From a virus (taxonomy: Duplodnaviria > Caudoviricetes), in the IMG/VR virus record IMGVR_UViG_3300011008_000067, positions 57,661-121,660 of that record: a DNA stretch of 64,000 nucleotides; one strand, given 5' to 3'. The notes beneath the pieces were generated by a model. It did not search any database and was not told the origin of the DNA. It saw nothing but the letters and a program-made list of their open reading frames with translations. A program made the translations under genes and the position numbers. Every line of letters begins with the position of its first letter. Within the stretch, counting starts at the first letter, position 1. Positions 20,047 through 29,654 of the stretch are shown here, piece by piece.

Positions 20047-20844
20047 ATGAAAGTCAAAATTCTCAATGAAGAAGTATTAAAAAATCTATACAAAAATCAT
20101 GGCGTATTTGCATGTACTTGTTATAACACACCTGAAAAATATGCAGAACGTGTAGGAAAGTCTTGTGAAAAAGATGGACATATGAGTGGTAGCAGATGTG
20201 AATACATTAAGTTTAGAATTGACGATATTGATCGCGGAACGTCTGAACAATGTATGAGACATGAAATTGGAGTTTCTTTTCCTTTTGAGGACATGGATAA
20301 TTACACATTTGATTCATATTCCGAGAAAGTAATTGATGTAAGTCCAGACCAGATCATCAAGAATCTTGCAAGTTTCAGATATATCAATAAAGAAGGTTTT
20401 ACATATACAACACCACAAGAAATTCAAATGTGTCATACAGCCGATGTTATTTATAAAAAAGCAATGAGTGACATTGAAAATGCACGTAAGCAAATCAAAA
20501 AAGCATTAGAGGAATTTGGCGTAAAAGAGAAAAGAGCAAATGAATGTGCTAATTTCGTTCTTCCGAGAGCAACAGAAACTTCTTTGACAATCGGGTTTAC
20601 TCCAGAAGCATTGATTCATTTCATGCATAAAAGATTGTGTAATCGTGCGCAGCCTGAGATTAAAAAACTTGCGTTACTTATAAAAGAAGCTGTTGGAAAT
20701 GTAAACCCTGAATTTGCATCTGAATTAGTTCCTCATTGTCAACATCTTCTTTGGTGTCCAGAAGGAGAAAAAATGACATGTGGCGCATATCCTACTAAAG
20801 ACAATTTAAAAAGTATCATGGAAAGGAGCAAAAACAATGAATAA
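20047..20844 (+). CDS. thyX: FAD-dependent thymidylate synthase
   Basis: GHMS..E, R..SEQ.MRH...SFRY, RLCNRAQPEI, C-terminal CPE...CG. Confidence 0.8.
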   Translation: MKVKILNEEVLKNLYKNHGVFACTCYNTPEKYAERVGKSCEKDGHMSGSRCEYIKFRIDDIDRGTSEQCMRHEIGVSFPFEDMDNYTFDSYSEKVIDVSPDQIIKNLASFRYINKEGFTYTTPQEIQMCHTADVIYKKAMSDIENARKQIKKALEEFGVKEKRANECANFVLPRATETSLTIGFTPEALIHFMHKRLCNRAQPEIKKLALLIKEAVGNVNPEFASELVPHCQHLLWCPEGEKMTCGAYPTKDNLKSIMERSKNNE

Positions 20845-21244
20845 TTACAATATCGTAATGTGTTATATGTATAACGGAAAAGTGCTTAATAATTCAAAAA
20901 GATATGCTTTTAAAGCATATGAAGAGATTACAAGTGACTTAATTCTTGTTGATACTTGTTGCGGTTTCCAAGTTGCGAAAGTCATCGAAGTATTATCTGT
21001 AGAAGAATACAAAGAACATTATAAAGCAGATGTTCAAAAAGAAATGGTTTGCAATATTAATATTTGCGCTTATACAGACCGTCAGTATAAAAAGAAGCGA
21101 ATAAAAGAATTAAAGAAACAAATGGATAGTATGATAACACAATTTGCAGAAATTGAAAAATATCAGTATTTTGCAAATGCCAACAAGAATCCTGAGTTTA
21201 ATGGACTTTTTGAAGAATATAAATCAATTACAAGTGGGAATTAA
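20837..21244 (+). CDS. hypothetical protein
   Basis: 135 aa, AGGAG RBS. Confidence 0.6.
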   Translation: MNNYNIVMCYMYNGKVLNNSKRYAFKAYEEITSDLILVDTCCGFQVAKVIEVLSVEEYKEHYKADVQKEMVCNINICAYTDRQYKKKRIKELKKQMDSMITQFAEIEKYQYFANANKNPEFNGLFEEYKSITSGN

Positions 21245-21246
21245 AT

Positions 21247-21786
21247 ATGATAGTAATTATAGGAGAAAGCGCAAGCGGTAAAAGCACTGTTGCTGATTTT
21301 TTAGAAAAACAGTATCAGTATAAAAAGATAATTACATATACGACAAGACCAAAAAGAGAATATGAGAAAGATGGAGTTGATTATCATTTTCTAACGGATA
21401 GTCAATTTAACGAGTTAAACGAAAGAGGCTTCTTTGCAGAGACAGCAATCTATAATAATTGGCAATATGGAAGTGCTAAAAAGGACTATTTACGGAATAA
21501 CTCAATCGCTGTTCTGACACCAAAAGGGTTAAGACAAATTAGACAAAATGGCTTAAAAAATATTTATTCTGTATATCTTACTGTTCCAAGAAGAGACAGA
21601 TTAATAGCTTGTCTTAATCGTGGTGATGATATCGAAGAAGCGTATCGGAGAAATCTTTCCGATGTCGGTCAATTTGATGGCGTAGACATAGAGGTGGATT
21701 ATGTTTTAAATAATCCGGCATATATATATCACCCATCAAAGATAGCGGAAATGATAATGGAGAATAAAGTTAATGAAGGAAATTAA
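21247..21786 (+). CDS. gmk: guanylate kinase-like protein
   Basis: GESASGKST, YTTRPKREYEKDGVDYHF. Confidence 0.88.
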   Translation: MIVIIGESASGKSTVADFLEKQYQYKKIITYTTRPKREYEKDGVDYHFLTDSQFNELNERGFFAETAIYNNWQYGSAKKDYLRNNSIAVLTPKGLRQIRQNGLKNIYSVYLTVPRRDRLIACLNRGDDIEEAYRRNLSDVGQFDGVDIEVDYVLNNPAYIYHPSKIAEMIMENKVNEGN

Positions 21787-22216
21787 AATCTACACTTGCG
21801 GTAAAATGAGTGGAATTTCTTTTGATGCGCAAATGAGTTGGCGCAGATTTTTACAGTCAGAAGTAGAAAAACAATACGATGGGATTAACAAAATTACATT
21901 TATACATCCCCCTTTGTTCTACAATTACGAGAATAAGTTGCATAAATCAGAAAGAGAAATTCTTGATTGGGAAATGAAACAAGTGCATGATTGCGACATT
22001 GTTGTTGTCGATTTACATGATATAGAAACAACTGTCGGTAGCCATATGGAATTAGGAGAAATACAAGGCATCAATCGTTTTGGTGATAAGTACATATTTA
22101 TTATTGGTATAGGATCAGAACACGGACTCCATCCTTGGATTAAAGAATCATGCCATAGAATAGAATTTGATTATTATGATGCAGCAAAATATATCGTTGA
22201 ATATTTACTTATTTAA
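21773..22216 (+). CDS. nucleoside 2-deoxyribosyltransferase-like protein
   Basis: IYTCGKM...CDIVVV...GSHMELG. Confidence 0.75.
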   Translation: MKEIKIYTCGKMSGISFDAQMSWRRFLQSEVEKQYDGINKITFIHPPLFYNYENKLHKSEREILDWEMKQVHDCDIVVVDLHDIETTVGSHMELGEIQGINRFGDKYIFIIGIGSEHGLHPWIKESCHRIEFDYYDAAKYIVEYLLI

Positions 22217-22227
22217 AGGAGATTTAT

Positions 22228-22437
22228 ATGGAAGTAATTTTTTATAGTACAAATTGTCCACGATGCAACGTGCTGAAAAAGAAATTATCATCTTCAGGCA
22301 TCGAGTATACATTAGTTACTGACATAAACGAAATGAAAGAAAAAGGATTTATGTCTGCCCCCATGTTAGAAGTTGATGGCGAGATAATGGATTTTAAGAA
22401 AGCTGTTGAATGGGTGAAAGGTGTGGGAGAGAAATGA
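22228..22437 (+). CDS. glutaredoxin/NrdH-like redoxin
   Basis: CPRC active site, SAPML, VDG. Confidence 0.85.
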   Translation: MEVIFYSTNCPRCNVLKKKLSSSGIEYTLVTDINEMKEKGFMSAPMLEVDGEIMDFKKAVEWVKGVGEK

Positions 22438-22440
22438 TGC

Positions 22441-24393
22441 ATGAAGATTGATATTAGACTAATTAAAAATTTTGTATCTCAATATAACAAACTTCAATCG
22501 GAGTTTGGAACAGAAATAGCGAGTCTTAATGGTTTTGATGATAACCAGTTAAGCTATACTGATTTCATTGATAATTTCGTTGATAAAGACGTTGTAGCAG
22601 ATTCGAGCATTGACGGTAACTCAAATGTAAGTCATAAGGATATTGTTACTCTTGAAAGAGAAATGCCGAAACCACATTCAAAACTTCTCGCATTTAACAA
22701 AATCTATTATGAGATTTCAAAGAAGTTTGGATTTAAAGTCGCAAATGACTGGCTTAGATTTGAATGGATGGGATTGTTGTATATGCATGATGCACCTTCA
22801 AGTACATTTAGATCATATTGCTTTGCATATGATTTAAAGGACTTAGCAGAAAAAGGACTTTATTTCATTGAAGGTCAAAATCCTGAGCCAGCGAAACATC
22901 TTACTACATTTGTTGATTTCGTGAAAGAGTATGTAAGTTTTACATGTAATCGCACAAGTGGCGCAGTAGGACTTCCTAATATAATTCCTTATATGTTTTA
23001 TTTTTGGAAGAAAGATGTTGACAATGATTATCTTGGAATTAAAACGACACACAATGAAGAATACTATGCTCGTCAAAATTTCCAGAGATTCATATATGCC
23101 GTTAATCAACCATATGTAAGAGATGGTTCGCAAAGCGCATTTACAAACACATCTGTATACGATCATGAGTATTTTGAAGCATTGTTTGGTGGATCAGAAT
23201 TTCCAGATGGTTCATTTATGATTGACTATGAGGAAGAAATCATTTTGTTCCAAAAATGGTATATGGATGTAATGGCAGAAATTAGACATACAAATATGTT
23301 CACATTCCCTGTTAGCACAATTTCATTGTTAAGACAGAATAAAAAGTTTGTCGATGAAGATTTTGCTATATGGGCGGTTAAACATAATATGCAATGGTCT
23401 GATAGTAATTTATTTGTTGACAGTACAGTAAATTCACTTAGTAATTGTTGTAGGCTTAAAAGCAATATTGAAGAACTTGGATATTTTAATTCGATTGGTG
23501 GCACAGCACTAAAGGTTGGTTCTGTTAAAGTAAATACAATTAATCTTGCAAGGATAGCTTTAGATTCTAAGAACGAAGATGAATATTTAGAAAATCTCAA
23601 ATATAGAGTTTATGTTTGTCTTTGTGCGCTTGATGCAGTAAGACATATTATAAAAAGGAATGTTGAAAAAGATATACTTCCAAATTTCAAATATGGCTTA
23701 ATTGATTTTGAGCATTTGTACAACACTATAGGCTTTATCGGCATTTATGAAACAATGAAAAAGTTTGGTTATGTTACCGTAGATGAATTTGGAAATACTT
23801 TTTATACAGAAAAGGCATCAGAGTTTGGAAGAAAGATATTTGAAGTTATGAGAAGCGAAGCGGATTCGTTTATCAAAGAACATAATTGTGATTATCAAAT
23901 TAATACAGAACAAATACCGGGGGAAAGCGCAGCAGCAAAATTAATGAAGAAAGATAAATTCTTCTATCCTAAAGCTAAAATTTATGATCTTCCTCTTTAC
24001 GGTAATCAGTTCGTTCCGCTCGGCATTCAAACTACACTTCAAGAGCGCATAAGAATACAAGCGATGTTTGATGGTTATTGCAACGGAGGCTCAATTCTTC
24101 ATGCTAATATTGACGCACCTTTTGATAGTTTTGAAAAAGCATGGAAAATGACAGAATACATTGCCGATCAAGGAGTTACGTATTTCGCATTTAATACAAA
24201 GATTCAGGCTTGCGAAGAAAACCATGCGTTTTATGGTAGTGTTTGCCCGAAATGCGGAAAGCATGTCAATACAGAATTTACAAGAATTGTAGGCTTTTAT
24301 ACACCAATTAAAACTTGGTCAACAGAAAGAACCAATGAATATAAAATGCGTAAATGGGAAAAAATTAATCAAACAACAGAGGAAATTCAATGA
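22441..24393 (+). CDS. nrdD: anaerobic (class III) ribonucleotide reductase
   Basis: YMHD..SYCFAY, NCCRL, EQIPGE, GGSILH, CPKCG, TRIVGFY glycyl-radical motif; no N-terminal ATP cone. Confidence 0.93.
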   Translation: MKIDIRLIKNFVSQYNKLQSEFGTEIASLNGFDDNQLSYTDFIDNFVDKDVVADSSIDGNSNVSHKDIVTLEREMPKPHSKLLAFNKIYYEISKKFGFKVANDWLRFEWMGLLYMHDAPSSTFRSYCFAYDLKDLAEKGLYFIEGQNPEPAKHLTTFVDFVKEYVSFTCNRTSGAVGLPNIIPYMFYFWKKDVDNDYLGIKTTHNEEYYARQNFQRFIYAVNQPYVRDGSQSAFTNTSVYDHEYFEALFGGSEFPDGSFMIDYEEEIILFQKWYMDVMAEIRHTNMFTFPVSTISLLRQNKKFVDEDFAIWAVKHNMQWSDSNLFVDSTVNSLSNCCRLKSNIEELGYFNSIGGTALKVGSVKVNTINLARIALDSKNEDEYLENLKYRVYVCLCALDAVRHIIKRNVEKDILPNFKYGLIDFEHLYNTIGFIGIYETMKKFGYVTVDEFGNTFYTEKASEFGRKIFEVMRSEADSFIKEHNCDYQINTEQIPGESAAAKLMKKDKFFYPKAKIYDLPLYGNQFVPLGIQTTLQERIRIQAMFDGYCNGGSILHANIDAPFDSFEKAWKMTEYIADQGVTYFAFNTKIQACEENHAFYGSVCPKCGKHVNTEFTRIVGFYTPIKTWSTERTNEYKMRKWEKINQTTEEIQ

Positions 24394-24902
24394 GCGAAAC
24401 TATAACGCAAATATCTGAGTATGTTGTAGTAAAAGGAATAGTGGATGAGGACTTTGTGAATTACAAAGTTCCATCCATGACCATCATGTTTCCAAAATGT
24501 ACATTTAAATGTGAAGTAGATGGTAGTAATTACTGTCATAATTCTTCGCTCGTAAAGGAACAAGATATAAAAATATCTGTTAGTGATTTGTATAATAGGT
24601 ACTCACATAATCCAATATCAGAATCCGTTGTTTGTCAAGGACTCGAACCTTTTGATTCTTGGCGTGAATTAAATGGTTTGCTATTTCATTTTAGAATACA
24701 TGAATCATGCTTTGATACATTCGTTATATATACTGGCTATACGGAAGAAGAAATTGCTGACAAGATTATATACATACAAAGAATGTATAGCAATGTGATT
24801 GTGAAATTTGGGAGATTCATTCCAAATCAAGAAAGCCACTTAGATGAAATTCTTGGTGTTGCGCTTACATCCGATAATCAGTATGCAAAGAAAATCTCAT
24901 AA
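24390..24902 (+). CDS. nrdG: class III RNR activase (radical SAM)
   Basis: CTFKC...CHN cluster motif, GLEPF, IYTGY, SDNQ. Confidence 0.85.
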   Translation: MSETITQISEYVVVKGIVDEDFVNYKVPSMTIMFPKCTFKCEVDGSNYCHNSSLVKEQDIKISVSDLYNRYSHNPISESVVCQGLEPFDSWRELNGLLFHFRIHESCFDTFVIYTGYTEEEIADKIIYIQRMYSNVIVKFGRFIPNQESHLDEILGVALTSDNQYAKKIS

Positions 24903-24912
24903 TGTATAGGGA

Positions 24913-25146
24913 ATGTTTATGGAAAACGAAAATGTGTTAAAAAAATGTCCTTTTTGTGGTGGAAATGCGAAGGTTATTACGGACAGCAGATTTGATAACA
25001 AATCGTATAATTTCCCAAAATGGTTTATCAAATGCCAACAATGCGGAATACAAACTGAAACAGCAAAAATTGAGTATGTCGTTAAAAGATGGAATAGCAG
25101 GATTAAAACTGATTTTGAGATGAAGATGGAAGATGATGGTAAATAA
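24913..25146 (+). CDS. Lar-family restriction alleviation-like protein
   Basis: LKKCPFCGG...CQQCG...WNSR. Confidence 0.7.
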   Translation: MFMENENVLKKCPFCGGNAKVITDSRFDNKSYNFPKWFIKCQQCGIQTETAKIEYVVKRWNSRIKTDFEMKMEDDGK

Positions 25147-25157
25147 GGAGTTGTCTA

Positions 25158-25343
25158 ATGCGTTTTAAAATATCTGATGATAAGAAACTTGTAAAAGGTA
25201 TTAGAGATAAAATTAAAGAAAATGGCGGTTATTGCCCTTGCAAAATTGAAAAGAATGAAGATACAAAATGTATATGTAAAGAATTTCTAACACAAGATAA
25301 ATTAGGTGCATGTCATTGTGGTTTATATATTAAAACAGAGTGA
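25158..25343 (+). CDS. ferredoxin-thioredoxin reductase catalytic-subunit-like protein
   Basis: YCPC...CIC...CHCGLY six-Cys FTR signature. Confidence 0.8.
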   Translation: MRFKISDDKKLVKGIRDKIKENGGYCPCKIEKNEDTKCICKEFLTQDKLGACHCGLYIKTE

Positions 25344-25351
25344 GGTTATAA

Positions 25352-25885
25352 ATGGATCGAATAGCAAAGTTTGAAAAAGTATCGTTCGATGAATATAAAA
25401 ATTCTGTACTAAGTCTTATTGATAACAGAGTCTCAATAGGATCAGAATTGGATTTGATGATTAAATCAATTTATGACGGAATTAAAATTCCGAAACGTGC
25501 AACCGTTGGAAGTGCAGGATATGATTTCTTTGCACCATTAGACATTGAAATAAAAAGCGGAGAAACTATTAAAATTCCAACAGGGATACGTGCAAAAATT
25601 AATGATGGATGGGTATTACAGTGTTATCCCCGTTCTGGTCTTGGTTTTAAATATCGTATGCAATTAGACAATACAGTTGGAATCATAGATAGTGATTATT
25701 ACAACAGTGACAATGAAGGACATATTTTTGCTAAGTTCACTAATGATAGTAGAGAGGGTAAAACAATAAGTATTAAAAAGGGACAAGGATATATGCAAGG
25801 TGTCTTTGTACCGTATGGAATAACCACCGATGATGATGCAGACGGAATAAGAAACGGTGGTTTAGGCAGTACGACAAAATCATGA
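25352..25885 (+). CDS. dut: dUTPase (trimeric)
   Basis: SAGYDF, PRSGLG, GIIDSDY, QG, RNGGLGST. Confidence 0.92.
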   Translation: MDRIAKFEKVSFDEYKNSVLSLIDNRVSIGSELDLMIKSIYDGIKIPKRATVGSAGYDFFAPLDIEIKSGETIKIPTGIRAKINDGWVLQCYPRSGLGFKYRMQLDNTVGIIDSDYYNSDNEGHIFAKFTNDSREGKTISIKKGQGYMQGVFVPYGITTDDDADGIRNGGLGSTTKS

Positions 25886-26256
25886 GAAGAGCCTTAGAAA
25901 ATATATATAAAAGAATAGAAGTATGCCAAATTGGTGAACAAACAGAATGGAAAGAAGGATTTGTCGAAGGATTAAAAGAAGCAGTTAAGTATATTCAAGA
26001 TGGAATAGTTGATTTAACTGTTTCTGGCAATAATTACTATGTTATATGTTATCAAGATGGTGATAAACATTTTCCGTATGTTGAAGAAATGAGATTGTAT
26101 TTCATAAAAAGAAATGATCCCAAAAGAGGAGATCATTATTATTTTAGCAAAAATACAGACCCTTATTACAGAGGAAAACCAGATTTGATTCTGACAAAAA
26201 AAGGTATCCAGAAAAGAGTATTCTTTTTAAAAGAAGATGCTGAGAATGCGATATGA
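25882..26256 (+). CDS. hypothetical protein
   Basis: 124 aa, overlaps dut stop. Confidence 0.55.
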   Translation: MRRALENIYKRIEVCQIGEQTEWKEGFVEGLKEAVKYIQDGIVDLTVSGNNYYVICYQDGDKHFPYVEEMRLYFIKRNDPKRGDHYYFSKNTDPYYRGKPDLILTKKGIQKRVFFLKEDAENAI

Positions 26257-26399
26257 TAAAATTCCAAGGGCAATCATATTTACTATATAAGTCACAATAA
26301 AAGATAATAATGATCTATAAATAATACACAATAATAATTGAAATAACAATTAACATATGATTGCTCTTGTTAATATACATTTATTTGAGGTTTTTAGAT

Positions 26400-26591
26400 A
26401 TGGAAGATATAGTTACACAAGCAGAGCCGGACACATTTGCGGTTGACGTATTAAGAAACAGGCTTGTTAAATCCTCCTTCGAGACTATAGAATACTATAC
26501 AGTGATGGATGCCTGTGTGAGAAATAAAGATAGTAAGCCATATAACAGCAGCCCTATTCTACCGAAAGAACTGATAGCCCCAAGTTGTTAA
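26400..26591 (+). CDS. hypothetical protein
   Basis: GAGGT RBS before ATG26400. Confidence 0.4.
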   Translation: MEDIVTQAEPDTFAVDVLRNRLVKSSFETIEYYTVMDACVRNKDSKPYNSSPILPKELIAPSC

Positions 26592-26648
26592 AGTGTCTTA
26601 TTGTTTATAATGTTAAGTTATACAAAACAATCAATAGGGAGTTGACTA

Positions 26649-26837
26649 TTGTTGAAAAATAAATCAGCAACGCAAACAGAATATATTATGCTTAAAATTA
26701 TGGAAGTGTTATGTAGGCAAGGAAATATATCAAAAAAAACATTTTGTAGTATCTTGAAAGACTATAAAGATAAAATTGATTATTCTGATTTCTCATGTTA
26801 TAATGATAGCAACAAACGGAATAATGTGATAGCATAA
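26649..26837 (+). CDS. small protein preceding serine recombinase
   Basis: GGGAG RBS; short helical ORF immediately upstream of integrase. Confidence 0.5.
   Translation: MLKNKSATQTEYIMLKIMEVLCRQGNISKKTFCSILKDYKDKIDYSDFSCYNDSNKRNNVIA
26776..26804 (+). promoter_or_regulatory. sigma70/sigA-type promoter for integrase
   Basis: TTGATT-N17-TATAAT with extended TG, about 40 nt before the start codon. Confidence 0.6.
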
Positions 26838-26845
26838 GGTGTAAT

Positions 26846-28651
26846 ATGAGAACGGATGACAGCAAGAAAAGGAATATTGTAATTTATGCAAGAGTCTCGA
26901 CAGAACACGAGGCTCAAATTTATGCTTTGGATAATCAAATGGATTGGTATGATATAATTCTTCAATCACATCCAAATTGGAATATTGTTGCTAAATATAT
27001 TGACCGAGGAATAACGGGAACATCTGCAACGAAAAGACCGCAATTTATGAAAATGATTGAAGAGTCAACAGATGGTACCTTTGATTTAATTATTACAAGA
27101 GAAGTTTCACGTTTTGCAAGAAACACGGTAGATACTTTACAATACACAAGGCAATTAAAAAAAGTAGGTGTTGAGGTTTTTTTTGTTGAAGATAATATTT
27201 GGACGTTTGATCCTGATGGCGAACTACGTTTAACTATTATGGCTACGCTTGCACAAGATGAAAGTAGAAAAACATCTATTCGTGTTAAAGCCGGACAAAG
27301 AGCAAGTATGGAAAAAGGCGTGTTTTTCCAGAACGGCAGCATACTTGGATATGATAAAGCCGGAAATGATATGGTAATCAATGAGGAACAAGCCGAAACT
27401 GTACGGATGATATATAGACTATATAACTCTGGTATGGGAATTAGAAAAATCCAGTTTGAGTTAGAAAAAGCAAAAAGAAAAACAGCAATGGGTAAATATA
27501 ACTGGTCTTGTTCGGTGATAAGTAGAATTTTGAAAAATAAGTTTTATGCAGGATATATCATTTGGTATAAACAATATGTGCCTGATTATCTTGAACAAAA
27601 GAAAGTAAATAATCACGGACAGAAAGAACAGTTTGAAACAGTAGGAACACATGAACCTATTGTATCTCTCGAAGAGTGGGAGATGGCGCAGAAAAGATTA
27701 GCAAGTTCAAGAGTAGAAAATGGCGGTCAATCGAATGTCAAACAAGGCGTAGACATATGGTGTAGAAAATTAAAATGTATTTGTGGTCATTCTTTCAATA
27801 GAAGACAGTGGCATAAAGACAGTAACAATGGAAAGAAGTATTACGGTTATCAGTGTTATAGTAGCGTACAAACAGGAACGGTAAAGACAAGACTAAATAA
27901 AGGACTTCCGATAGAAGACATTTGCACAACTCCAACAGTTTCAGGATGGAAACTTGAAGCTATGGCAACTATGATTTTTAAAAACTTAGTTGTTAATAAA
28001 GATGGCATTGTTGAACTTGCTGTTAATGAACTTAATAAACATCTTAAATGTGATGAGGAACATAAAGATGTAATACTTAGTTTAAGGAACAATCTTGACA
28101 AGTATAACAAGAAATTAGATAATTTGATTGAGATGAGGATGGATGGTGAAATATCCAAACAGATATTTGCTGAGAAAAAACATGCAATAGAATTAGAAAT
28201 AGCAAACATTGAAAGTCAGATAAGTGAAATAGATAATACGGATGAAGATACATTAAGTATATCAGATCGTATTGATTTATTAAAAACATGCATAGAAGAA
28301 TTACTTGACTATGACATAGAAGATAAAGTACCAGACTTTATTATAGACTCGATGGTAGAGTGCATAATAGTTGATGATACAACTTTTAAGTGGAAGTTAA
28401 GATATATTCCAGATCAAATAACTACTACGATTAATGGAACACGAAAGAATCACGAAATCCATCTGATTCAGCCTAATAATTCTCCGTATTTTGCTAATGG
28501 CAACACAGGCAGCAATACGCAAAGCGCGGTAAACAGTATTAAGATTGCAGATATTTTGTTCACCAAAGAACTTGCCATGAAGTACATGAATAAACGACCA
28601 CAAGACAGGATTCATAGGTGGCAGAATCTATCGGTACAGATTTATATTTAA
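26846..28651 (+). CDS. large serine recombinase (integrase)
   Basis: YARVST catalytic Ser, DRGITG, SRFARN, recombinase domain, CICG zinc ribbon, coiled coil. Confidence 0.93.
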   Translation: MRTDDSKKRNIVIYARVSTEHEAQIYALDNQMDWYDIILQSHPNWNIVAKYIDRGITGTSATKRPQFMKMIEESTDGTFDLIITREVSRFARNTVDTLQYTRQLKKVGVEVFFVEDNIWTFDPDGELRLTIMATLAQDESRKTSIRVKAGQRASMEKGVFFQNGSILGYDKAGNDMVINEEQAETVRMIYRLYNSGMGIRKIQFELEKAKRKTAMGKYNWSCSVISRILKNKFYAGYIIWYKQYVPDYLEQKKVNNHGQKEQFETVGTHEPIVSLEEWEMAQKRLASSRVENGGQSNVKQGVDIWCRKLKCICGHSFNRRQWHKDSNNGKKYYGYQCYSSVQTGTVKTRLNKGLPIEDICTTPTVSGWKLEAMATMIFKNLVVNKDGIVELAVNELNKHLKCDEEHKDVILSLRNNLDKYNKKLDNLIEMRMDGEISKQIFAEKKHAIELEIANIESQISEIDNTDEDTLSISDRIDLLKTCIEELLDYDIEDKVPDFIIDSMVECIIVDDTTFKWKLRYIPDQITTTINGTRKNHEIHLIQPNNSPYFANGNTGSNTQSAVNSIKIADILFTKELAMKYMNKRPQDRIHRWQNLSVQIYI

Positions 28652-28658
28652 AAAAGGA

Positions 28659-28690
28659 AAGGGTATAAGATTCTTATTTCTTATACCCTT
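28659..28690. terminator. hairpin between convergent gene blocks
   Basis: aagggtataaga / tcttataccctt 12-bp stem. Confidence 0.75.
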
Positions 28691-28694
28691 CCAA

Positions 28695-29159
28695 TTATTC
28701 ACAACGAATACTGAACATTGCTGTTCCTGTATACTGTCCGGCTTGTTTCCCTGTTGTATCTGATACATATGTTGAGAATGATTTACTAATACCATTATCT
28801 CCATAACCAAATGAAACAAGATTCATATTTGTAGGCTCTAAATTATTTCCATCATGATTTAAGAAATAGACATCTAATGATTCTGATAAATTGTTTTCGT
28901 TGTAAATAGTAATGTAAGTATTTGGATCGCCAATTAAATCTACATATACTGTTTTTGTCGGTGATATATTAATATCAACTGCGGTAACAGGACACTCATC
29001 GCCAACAACAATGTTTGATGGTATTTGTATATAGAAATAATCGTCACAGTAATATGATACATTCGCAGAAACAATTTCTTCACTTGCATATACAGGAGTT
29101 GCTAAAACAACAACCAATGATAAGAACGCACAAATTATTTTTTTAATATCAAAATTCAT
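28695..29159 (-). CDS. secreted beta-rich protein
   Basis: Signal peptide (KKIICAFLSLVVVLATPVYA); C-terminal AGQYTGTAMF. Confidence 0.7.
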   Translation of the reverse strand: MNFDIKKIICAFLSLVVVLATPVYASEEIVSANVSYYCDDYFYIQIPSNIVVGDECPVTAVDINISPTKTVYVDLIGDPNTYITIYNENNLSESLDVYFLNHDGNNLEPTNMNLVSFGYGDNGISKSFSTYVSDTTGKQAGQYTGTAMFSIRCE

Positions 29160-29163
29160 TTCT

Positions 29164-29631
29164 TTACCTCACATATAATGTTACATTCATTGCAGCACCA
29201 TTTAATTTTGAATCGTCATTCATAGAATAACAATTTATGTTAAAGGTGCAGTTTTCATAAATTCCATTTTTTAATGTTTTTAAAAACTCAACTTTTTTGA
29301 TGACATATCTTGGCTCGATTCTTTTTACCTCGAACAACTTTGTGCCATCAGGAAGAAGAAATTCTATATCCATATAACAATTATTGTCTTTTGGATTGCA
29401 AAAAGTGAACTCTTGAGTAACTTCATCAGATTTCGCATGAAATTCAGAAAACCCTTGTATAGTTATTGGCTTTAATTGTATGTTTTCTCGACCTTCATCT
29501 GTCAATAAAATTCCACTTTTATTTGTTTCTTTTAAGTCAAGCAATATCATTGCTCCAAGACATATTATGGCGGTCAATAGAACAACGATAATTGCAATCA
29601 TTACTTTCTTTATTCTCTGTTCATCATTCAT
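29164..29631 (-). CDS. membrane-anchored extracellular protein
   Basis: AAGGAGG RBS, single N-terminal TM helix. Confidence 0.7.
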   Translation of the reverse strand: MNDEQRIKKVMIAIIVVLLTAIICLGAMILLDLKETNKSGILLTDEGRENIQLKPITIQGFSEFHAKSDEVTQEFTFCNPKDNNCYMDIEFLLPDGTKLFEVKRIEPRYVIKKVEFLKTLKNGIYENCTFNINCYSMNDDSKLNGAAMNVTLYVR

Positions 29632-29654
29632 TTCATTATTATTCCTCCTTGGGA

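Noticed and set aside
13654-24393. Inteins or introns in dnaB, dnaE, nrdD
   Set aside because: ORFs are continuous, of normal or short length, with no intein terminal motifs noticed.
26598-26640. Imperfect inverted repeat as attP
   Set aside because: Too weak in AT-rich DNA to call without attB/attL/attR comparison.
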